Source: Bacteroidales bacterium
GTDB taxonomy: Bacteria; Bacteroidota; Bacteroidia; Bacteroidales; UBA932
Reading direction: 5' to 3'
DNA length: 64,000 bases
Assembly: GCA_017615065.1 (NCBI GenBank)
Contig: JAGAAY010000020.1
Coordinates: 4,672-68,671, forward strand
Positions 56,921-64,000 of the stretch are shown here, in pieces. The position numbers and the translations under genes were made by a program. The notes under the pieces are model-generated. The model was not told where the DNA came from. It was given only the letters and a program-made list of their open reading frames with translations, and did not search any database. Numbering within the stretch: the stretch's first letter is position 1; every line of letters starts with the position of its first letter.

Positions 56921-58747
56921 TTATTCAGTTACTTCAATCAGATAATTCCCCTTGAATGTAGGACGGATAACGGGATCTGAACCATCCACGGCATAGGCTC
57001 TGGGCTGGTCGGCTGCATATTCCAGAACCTTATACTTGCGACCGGGATCCAGCCCGCGCAGCTCGATGGGCTCTCCATTCCACTCAGGAGCGTAGAATGC
57101 ATAATACAAAGCCCCGTCTTTGGAGATGACGTGTGCCTCCGGCTTGTCAAAACCGTAATCGTAAAGATTCAGGTATTCTCCTGTGGAAAGCATCTTTTCG
57201 CTGTAAATGGGCACCCATTTGCGCAGAAGGGCCTCTTTCTCTTCGGTGAGGAGGCTTCCGCCGCATTCGGTGGCGTCGGGATTGGCCTTAGGCCATGTGA
57301 ATTTTGTGCCGATGACGCCGCCAACGCCAACCTGGCTGGGGAAATCAAGCCCTCCGTCGCTGAGCTCCACATGATCTGCATAATAGGCCAGGTGGGGAGC
57401 GATGGCCGCATAGGCTTTGCGCTTCATGCGTATCTGCGCGCTTGAGGTGGGGTCCGATGCCACCGACTGGTTGATCCATGGCAGCAGGAAGAAATTCACC
57501 GCGCAGCCGCAGGGGCAAACCTGCACCACGGCTCCGGCTTTATCGGCCTGGGCTCTCATGTAAATGGTGCGGAAGAATTCCGGATGACGCTCGCAGGCCT
57601 CCTCGGGGAAGGAAAGGCCGCTGGCGGGATTATAATCGGGCTCCGACAGGTTCAGGTGCTGGCCGTCCAGCTTGAAGCCGTCGAAATTCCAGTCCACCAG
57701 GAACATGTCCACGAGATTCTCCGTGTACTCCCAGGTGTGGGGATTGACGGGGGAGAGATACCAGCTGTCCCACCAGGAGATATCCTCGTGGGTGCCGTCT
57801 TCCTTGACCAGAAGCATTTCCGGATGCTCTTTGGCCAGTTTGCTCTCCGGATCTGCGGCCATGGGGGCCCACCAGAGCTTTGCCTTGAGGCCGGCCTCAT
57901 GGATGGCATCGGTCATCCTGCGCATTCCTTCAGGGCCGATACGGTCGTTGGTTTCCCAGTCGCCTTCGCACTGCTGGTAGCCGTCATCCACGTCCACCCA
58001 TTTGAAGCCCAGCTCCACAACCTTCGGAAGCGTGCCGATGACTTCGTCTACGGTGAAAGTGCGTTCGTAGCCCCAGGCGCACCATACTGGTTCGAATGCC
58101 TCTTCCGGTGATTCGGGAGCCTTAAATCCGAATTCCTTGGTCATATATGCTGTGAAGATGCGCAGAGGCTCAAAGAAATCCCCTTTGGGGCCTTCCAGCA
58201 CGAACTGCTGCAAGGAATAGAGGGTGTCGCCCGGCTGAAGTATCCTGGGGGCCTTGTATTCTTCGCGTATGCAGGCTTCAGTGTGATTGCCTTTGCGGCT
58301 TACCGGCATGGAGACAAGCTTGAGAACAGGCTCCGCAAGACCTACGCTGAGGTTTTTCTCCCTGGTCCAGATGCAGACCATAGGGATTCCTCCGCCGTAG
58401 TCGTCATTGTTCATGCCAAGGTAGTTGCGCTTGAAAAAGCCTTTGCCCACGGGCTGTGCCCAGTCTTCGCGGTCTCCGGAAGAGGTGGGCTGGAAAGACC
58501 ACACTTCGGAACCGTCCAGGCGTATTCTTGATGTCTCAATTGCGTCGATGCTAAGCGGATGTGCAGTGGCGTTTACAAATGCCACTTTACGCACGGTGAG
58601 ACCGGCATAACCATCGGGCTGCTCCGTCTTGATCAGGGTTTGAAGCCCCTCCACGCTTTTGCCTTTACATAAAGCCCTGTCAACGGGCGCTTGCGCGCAC
58701 GCGCACACGAGAACGGCGGCCAGTGCGGAAACGATAAGTTTTCTCAT
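56921..58747 (-). CDS. Alpha-galactosidase (GH36-like), lipoprotein
   Basis: WCAWGY, VDDGYQ, LWWAP, FKLDG; start MRKLIV at 58747. Confidence 0.85.
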   Translation of the reverse strand: MRKLIVSALAAVLVCACAQAPVDRALCKGKSVEGLQTLIKTEQPDGYAGLTVRKVAFVNATAHPLSIDAIETSRIRLDGSEVWSFQPTSSGDREDWAQPVGKGFFKRNYLGMNNDDYGGGIPMVCIWTREKNLSVGLAEPVLKLVSMPVSRKGNHTEACIREEYKAPRILQPGDTLYSLQQFVLEGPKGDFFEPLRIFTAYMTKEFGFKAPESPEEAFEPVWCAWGYERTFTVDEVIGTLPKVVELGFKWVDVDDGYQQCEGDWETNDRIGPEGMRRMTDAIHEAGLKAKLWWAPMAADPESKLAKEHPEMLLVKEDGTHEDISWWDSWYLSPVNPHTWEYTENLVDMFLVDWNFDGFKLDGQHLNLSEPDYNPASGLSFPEEACERHPEFFRTIYMRAQADKAGAVVQVCPCGCAVNFFLLPWINQSVASDPTSSAQIRMKRKAYAAIAPHLAYYADHVELSDGGLDFPSQVGVGGVIGTKFTWPKANPDATECGGSLLTEEKEALLRKWVPIYSEKMLSTGEYLNLYDYGFDKPEAHVISKDGALYYAFYAPEWNGEPIELRGLDPGRKYKVLEYAADQPRAYAVDGSDPVIRPTFKGNYLIEVTE

Positions 58748-58749
58748 GC

Positions 58750-59703
58750 CTACAGTTTGATTTCTTTTGCAAAACGGCCGCGGCACACCTCTCTCACGTG
58801 TTCCAGTGAAGTGAATGCGCCTGTGCCCCCGGCTGCGGTTGTGTTAACAGCGCCGGTGAGGTTGCCGGTTTCCTGGCAGTCTTCCAGAGGCAGCCCCTTG
58901 ACGAACGCGCTGATGAAGCCGGAATTGAAACTGTCTCCTGCGCCGATGGCGTCCACGACATCCGTATTGAGGTATGCAGGCAGTAGTTTCATACTGCCGT
59001 CCTTACGCACAAGCAGCGAGCCTTTTGACCCGCATTTCACTACCATCGCATTGCCAAGGAAGGGGAGAACCTCCGCAATGGCACCCTCCAGGCTGTCTTT
59101 GCCTGTGAGTGCCTGGAGCTCTTTCTCATTGGGCATGAAGACGGTAATCTTGGGAAGCACCGACCTGTAATCCAGTTTCCAGGTTTCCATAGGATCCCAC
59201 TGCGTGTCCAGCGAAACCGTTATGCCCTTTTCCGCCGCGGCGTCCAGAACTTTGTGAATATCACGAAGCAGGGCGCTTTGCATGAAAAGTGACGAAAGGT
59301 GTATGTGGCGGGTATTGTCGAAGACATCTTTGTCGATGTCGTTCCAGCCCATCACGTCCATCGACCCCTGATAGGTGAGGTTGGCCCTGTCTTCCCCGTA
59401 GTTCATGCAGATTGTGGCCCCGGTTGGTGTGGGACCGTCCATTATGTAGCGGGTATCCACGCCTTTTGCCTCGAGGGAGGTTTTAACCAGATCTCCGAAA
59501 GAGTCCCGGCCGACCAGGCCGACGAAACAGACTTTGCTTCCGAGGGAAGCGGCGTTGGCCGCGAAAATTGCCGTTGAACTGCCCAGGGTGACAGTCATGT
59601 CCTTTGCGAACTTTTCCTTGCCGATTTCCGGCTCCGACTCAATCCGGTTGAGGATGATGTCCACATTGAGCTCGCCGATGGCTGCGATATCGAAACGTTT
59701 CAT
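58750..59703 (-). CDS. PfkB family carbohydrate kinase
   Basis: GELNVD, GSSTAIFA, MPNEKE, DAIGAGDSF. Confidence 0.92.
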   Translation of the reverse strand: MKRFDIAAIGELNVDIILNRIESEPEIGKEKFAKDMTVTLGSSTAIFAANAASLGSKVCFVGLVGRDSFGDLVKTSLEAKGVDTRYIMDGPTPTGATICMNYGEDRANLTYQGSMDVMGWNDIDKDVFDNTRHIHLSSLFMQSALLRDIHKVLDAAAEKGITVSLDTQWDPMETWKLDYRSVLPKITVFMPNEKELQALTGKDSLEGAIAEVLPFLGNAMVVKCGSKGSLLVRKDGSMKLLPAYLNTDVVDAIGAGDSFNSGFISAFVKGLPLEDCQETGNLTGAVNTTAAGGTGAFTSLEHVREVCRGRFAKEIKL

Positions 59704-59770
59704 ACAGTTTTAGTATTACCTTGCGAATATAGTGAGAAAACGCGAAAATCGGCAATTATTTATAAAATTT

Positions 59771-59792
59771 ACATTTCGTTTTGTTTCGTTTG
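59771..59792. promoter_or_regulatory. Putative AgaR operator (TTTCG direct repeats)
   Basis: acatttcgttttgtttcgtttg between divergent promoters (-7 TATATTTG at 59803). Resembles the TTTCRTTT repeats bound by E. coli AgaR. Confidence 0.55.
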
Positions 59793-59831
59793 AAAAATTA
59801 CTTATATTTGCATCAGACTAATTTAACCAAT

Positions 59832-60623
59832 ATGAATATCTATGATTCCGCCCAGGGGCGACGTTCAGCCATTCTCCAGAAACTCCGTGAAGACTCAACC
59901 GTAAGTGTTTCGGAACTAAGTGATGAATTCGGTGTATCTGAAGTAACCATCCGCAAAGACCTCAGAATCCTCAAGGAGAGGAAATTGCTCGTGCGCGTGC
60001 ACGGAGGTGCCATTATGGGTGCCGGCTCATCACTGGACGAGGTGGAAGAGCGCAACTTCAATTTCAAGCGGCTCGTAAATGCCCGCGAAAAGGAGGCTAT
60101 CGGCCGTGCCGCCGCCGCCCATATCCGCAACGGGGATACCATCCTTGTGGACTCCGGAACCACGGCCCTGGAGGTCGTGCGTAACCTGGACCGCTTTACG
60201 GATCTTACCATAATAACCAACTCCCTCCACGCCATGACGGAGGCAATCAAGTACAAGAGGTTCAAAGTTATTCTCCTTGGCGGAACTGTGCGTGAATCAA
60301 GCCTTTCCATGGTTGGCCCCCTGGCAGAGTCCAATCTCAAGCTCTTCTATTGCGACAAGCTTTTCCTTGGTGTGGACAGCTTCAGCGTGGAGGCCGGCCT
60401 TTCAACCCCGAATGTTGAGGAGGCGAGTACAAACCAGGTGATGATTTCCCGTGCCCGGGAGGTGATCGCCATGTTCGATTCGTCCAAAGTCAACAAGAGG
60501 GCCCTGGCATTCATAACGATGCCGGACAAACTCAATACTGTCATTACCGACAATCACCTTCCTGTGGCCGTGCGTAAGCAGCTCAAAGCCATGAAAGTAA
60601 ATGTGGAAGTGGTTAACGTTTGA
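59832..60623 (+). CDS. agaR: DeoR family repressor AgaR
   Basis: VSEVTIRKDL, RVHGGA, VDSGTT, ITNS, DKLFLGVD; adjacent to agaS and kbaZ. Confidence 0.85.
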   Translation: MNIYDSAQGRRSAILQKLREDSTVSVSELSDEFGVSEVTIRKDLRILKERKLLVRVHGGAIMGAGSSLDEVEERNFNFKRLVNAREKEAIGRAAAAHIRNGDTILVDSGTTALEVVRNLDRFTDLTIITNSLHAMTEAIKYKRFKVILLGGTVRESSLSMVGPLAESNLKLFYCDKLFLGVDSFSVEAGLSTPNVEEASTNQVMISRAREVIAMFDSSKVNKRALAFITMPDKLNTVITDNHLPVAVRKQLKAMKVNVEVVNV

Positions 60624-60687
60624 AAATCGAAACGCGCGGAAACCCTTTTTTGAGTTTTTTGGCTGAAAATCGAAACGGAATCGGAAC
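60621..60687. promoter_or_regulatory. Putative AgaR operators upstream of agaS
   Basis: Direct repeat tgaaaatcgaaacg at 60621 and 60664; -7 TATTTTTG at 60696. Confidence 0.55.
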
Positions 60688-60722
60688 TAATTATTTATTT
60701 TTGTAGTGTGAACTGACGCGTA

Positions 60723-61844
60723 ATGACACGAAACTACAACACTTACAAAGAAATCCTCCAGCAGCCCGCTATGTGGAAAAAGGCATACGCCGCCGTGCTG
60801 GAGCGTAAATCGGAGATCAAATCCTTCCTTGACAAATTTATTTCCGAGGACTATCAGATTATTCTCACAGGTGCGGGTACATCGGCCTACATAGGCGACG
60901 CCCTGGAACCGGCGCTTTACAACACCCTCTTCAAGGGTGCCCGTTCGCTTGCGACTACGGATATCATCACCGCCCCGGAGCTGTATTTCGGCCCGGAGAG
61001 CAAGGTGCTTCTGATTTCTTTCGCACGCAGCGGCAACAGCCCGGAGAGCGTGGGAGCCGTGCGTGCCGTGGAAAAGATAGCCGGAAAAGTGGCCCATGTT
61101 TTCATCACCTGCAATGCGGATGGCGAACTTGCCAAGATGAAGGGAAGCAATATCCTTTGCCTCCTTCTCCCCCCGGAAACCAACGACCTGTCGCTGGCCA
61201 TGACAAGCAGCTACTCTACGATGCTGCTCACGTGCTCAATGATTGCCAACATCGACCATATAGAAGAAGAAAAGGCCCACATCGACCTTCTCTCCCTCTG
61301 CGTTGAAAAGGCACTGAAAGAGTACGAACCGGCAATAAAGGAAATCACCTCCCGCCGTTTCTCCCGCGCCGTATTCCTTGGCTCCGGCCCCCTCAAGGGC
61401 GTTGCGGAGGAATCCCGCCTCAAACTGCAGGAACTCACCGACGGCGCCGTCATGTGCGCATTCGATTCGTTCCTCGGTTTCCGCCACGGTCCCAAGGCTA
61501 TCGTGAAGCAGGACACTCTCATGGTGTACATCCTTTCACCGGATCCCAAGGTCCTGCGCTATGAACTGGACCTCATCAATCAGGTGAACTCCAACAACAA
61601 GGTGGTCGCCAGCGTGGTGGTGTGCCAGCAGAAACCTGTGGAACTCCCCGCCGGCAGTTACCACCTTTGCGTGGAAACCGGCCTGCCCCAGAGCTTCCCT
61701 GCATACTACGGCTGCGTGTCCAACATCTTCGTCGCCCAGCTTCTGGGATTTTACAAATCGATTGACTGCGGGCTCTGCCCGGACACTCCTTCCGTTTCCG
61801 GAAACATTTCCAGGGTAGTGGAAGGCGTTACCTTATATATATAA
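60723..61844 (+). CDS. agaS: SIS-domain galactosamine-6-phosphate deaminase/isomerase AgaS
   Basis: EILQQP, GAGTS, SFARSGNSPES, AMTSS, LKLQELTDG, GFRHGPK, SRVVEGV. Confidence 0.9.
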   Translation: MTRNYNTYKEILQQPAMWKKAYAAVLERKSEIKSFLDKFISEDYQIILTGAGTSAYIGDALEPALYNTLFKGARSLATTDIITAPELYFGPESKVLLISFARSGNSPESVGAVRAVEKIAGKVAHVFITCNADGELAKMKGSNILCLLLPPETNDLSLAMTSSYSTMLLTCSMIANIDHIEEEKAHIDLLSLCVEKALKEYEPAIKEITSRRFSRAVFLGSGPLKGVAEESRLKLQELTDGAVMCAFDSFLGFRHGPKAIVKQDTLMVYILSPDPKVLRYELDLINQVNSNNKVVASVVVCQQKPVELPAGSYHLCVETGLPQSFPAYYGCVSNIFVAQLLGFYKSIDCGLCPDTPSVSGNISRVVEGVTLYI

Positions 61845-61845
61845 T

Positions 61846-63072
61846 ATGAGAAAGACAGAAAAACTCCTCCACCGTATCGACGAGCTGCAGAAGGAAACGG
61901 GAATTCCCCGTACCATCTTCGCGGCATGTCCCAATTCTCCTACCGTTATCAGGGCTTCCCTGCGTGCGGCAAAGCGTAACAACGCACCTATTTATTTCGC
62001 GGCAACGCTCAACCAGATAGACTGCGACGGCGGTTACACCGGCATGACGCAGGAACAGTTCTGCCGCCTGGTCCGCTTTGAGACGGAAAGGGTAAACTTC
62101 ACCGGTCCCGTAATCGTGGCAATCGACCACGGCGGTCCCTGGCTCAAGGACAAGCAGCGCACGGAGAAATGGAGCGTGGAAGATGCGATGAACGGCGTTA
62201 AGAAGTCTTTTGAAGCCGCGGTGCTTGCGGGCTATGACCTCATCCACGTGGATCCCACGGTCGACATCAACGTTCCCAAGGGAGAAATAATCGACATTCA
62301 CGTGGTTGCGGCCCGTACGGTTGAGCTCATCGCCCATGTGGAGAAATTCCGCAAGGAAAAGGGCATCGCCCCCATATCATACGAAGTGGGTACGGAAGAG
62401 GTTCACGGCGGACTTGCCGATGAAACCACTTTCGACACATTCATAAACGAACTTAAAAAAGGGTTAATTGTTGCAGGACTGCCGGACGTATGGCCCTGCT
62501 TCATCGTCGGCAAGGTTGGAACCGATCTGGATACCACCATTTTCGACGGCGAGGTTGCCAAGCGTCTCACGTCCAAAGTTCGTCCTCTGGGAAGCTACAT
62601 CAAAGGTCATTACACCGATGATGTAGCCAACCCCGAGGAGTACCCGCTCTGCGGTATGGGCGCCGCCAACGTGGGCCCGGAATTCACCATGAGCGAGTAC
62701 AGGGCTCTTTGCGAGCTGGAAGAACTCGAAAAACGTTTCTATGCGGAAGGCAAGGTTGCCGTTCCGTCCAACATGCGCGAAGTCCTTCTCCGGGAGGTGG
62801 AAGACAGCCACCGCTGGGAGAAATGGCTGCACGAGGACGAGCAGGGCAAGAGCCTTCACGCCCTCACCCCGGAGCGTCAGGACTGGATCGTATCCACCTG
62901 CTGCCGCTACATCTGGCAGCAGCCCCGCACCCTGGCCGCCCGCGGTTTCCTCTATGATAACCTGGGGCGCCTCGGCGTAGACGCAGAAGAAATCGTGCTC
63001 GGCCGCATCGAGCGCGACATGGACAAGTACTTCCGCGCATTCAACCTCATCGGATTGAACGATTTACTATAA
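61846..63072 (+). CDS. kbaZ: KbaZ/GatZ family protein (tagatose-6-P pathway; possible hexose-6-P 4-epimerase)
   Basis: ATLNQID..GGYTG, DHGGP, IHVDPT, YEVGTEE, GHYTD, ANVGPEFT. Confidence 0.85.
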   Translation: MRKTEKLLHRIDELQKETGIPRTIFAACPNSPTVIRASLRAAKRNNAPIYFAATLNQIDCDGGYTGMTQEQFCRLVRFETERVNFTGPVIVAIDHGGPWLKDKQRTEKWSVEDAMNGVKKSFEAAVLAGYDLIHVDPTVDINVPKGEIIDIHVVAARTVELIAHVEKFRKEKGIAPISYEVGTEEVHGGLADETTFDTFINELKKGLIVAGLPDVWPCFIVGKVGTDLDTTIFDGEVAKRLTSKVRPLGSYIKGHYTDDVANPEEYPLCGMGAANVGPEFTMSEYRALCELEELEKRFYAEGKVAVPSNMREVLLREVEDSHRWEKWLHEDEQGKSLHALTPERQDWIVSTCCRYIWQQPRTLAARGFLYDNLGRLGVDAEEIVLGRIERDMDKYFRAFNLIGLNDLL

Positions 63073-63089
63073 ACATAAAACAACAACCA

Positions 63090-64000
63090 ATGAAAAGAAC
63101 ACTCATCCGCGTTATCTCAGTGGCAGTGATGCTTTCACTGTCGCTGGCGGCCTTCGCCCAGAAACACCAGGTTTCGGGTACGGTCATTGACGCTTCTACC
63201 GGAGAGCCCGTTTTCGGAGCGGGCGTCATTATCTCCTCCGGTGGCGGTGTCGTCACGGAATTTGACGGAACTTACGTTCTTCAGGCAAGTGACGAAGATG
63301 TCCTCACGTTCTCCAGCATCGGCTTCGAAAGCGTATCTGAGAAAGTTGGCGGCCGCACGGTCATCAACGTTTCGCTGAACCCCGACAGCAACCTTCTGGA
63401 AGAAGTTGTGGTTCTGGGTTTCACCAGCCAGAAGAAGGCCGAACTCACCAGTGCGGTTGTTTCCGTAACCGGTGAAAAACTAACCGACGTTACCACTCCC
63501 GACGTGGGCAACATGCTTCAGGGCAAGGTGGCCGGCGTCATGGTGATGAACTCGTCCGGCCAGCCCGGTGCAGGTGCCGATATCCGCATCCGCGGTACCG
63601 GTTCCATCTCCGCCGGTGCGGGTCCTCTCTATGTGGTGGACGGCGTGGCCGGCGGTGCATTCAATCCCAATGATATCGAAACCCTCACTGTCCTGAAGGA
63701 CGCCTCCGCCACGGCCCTCTACGGTGCGGCTGCGGCAGGCGGTGTTATCGTCATCACCACCAAGGGCGCCAAGTCCGACAAGGCTACCATCGACTTCAAG
63801 GCCAGCGTGGGTGTGAAGAGGGCTCTGATGGGAAGGTTCAAGGCCATGGACTCCTATGAGTACTACGACTTCCTTTCCGAGGTGTATGGCACCAGGGTTA
63901 ACAAGCATGCACCCACCGAAGACCGTCTGGATTCGATGAACTACGACTGGGTGGGCAACTGCTTCAAGACCGGCGTCGTGCAGAACTACTACGCTTCCGC
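63090..64000 (+). CDS. SusC-like TonB-dependent transporter (5' part; runs off the window)
   Basis: MKRTLIR... signal peptide; LEEVVVLG, LQGKVAG, GQPG, IRIRG, PLYVVDG, NPNDIE..VLKDASATALYG...GVIVITTK. Confidence 0.92.
   Translation, partial: MKRTLIRVISVAVMLSLSLAAFAQKHQVSGTVIDASTGEPVFGAGVIISSGGGVVTEFDGTYVLQASDEDVLTFSSIGFESVSEKVGGRTVINVSLNPDSNLLEEVVVLGFTSQKKAELTSAVVSVTGEKLTDVTTPDVGNMLQGKVAGVMVMNSSGQPGAGADIRIRGTGSISAGAGPLYVVDGVAGGAFNPNDIETLTVLKDASATALYGAAAAGGVIVITTKGAKSDKATIDFKASVGVKRALMGRFKAMDSYEYYDFLSEVYGTRVNKHAPTEDRLDSMNYDWVGNCFKTGVVQNYYAS

Overview
A 64-kb chromosomal window from a GC-rich, probably gut or rumen Bacteroidales genome. The assignment rests on TAnnTTTG -7 promoters, A-rich leaders without Shine-Dalgarno sites, SusC and Oar-type TonB transporters, and an rnfBCDGEA operon. 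It is mostly housekeeping and envelope genes: plsX-ACP-acyltransferase, rnf, dnaB, alaS, smpB, metK, dcu, tRNA-Arg(TCT), and an AgaR/AgaS/KbaZ-GH36-GH109-SusC sugar locus at the right end. The most striking feature is a family of seven dispersed intergenic elements, each exactly 106 bp, with a symmetric layout: 8-bp terminal IR / 25-bp YAA-N4-YTG-N5-CAR-N4-TTR dyad / 2 bp / 36-bp palindrome / 2 bp / 25-bp dyad / 8-bp IR. Each lies right at a gene 3' end. Two of them flank a lower-GC HUH (Y1) RAYT-like transposase gene, suggesting a REP/RAYT-type system with an unusual architecture. Other observations: a SAM-II-like riboswitch with a terminator/antiterminator upstream of metK, an in-frame LptF/G-Fmt fusion, a small protein with Janus/PHPT1 phosphohistidine-phosphatase-like motifs, a second REP-like element inserted in frame in a flavodoxin gene, and two PTP-like lipoproteins inside the sugar locus. 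All family assignments come from motif recognition by eye; no database searches were run.
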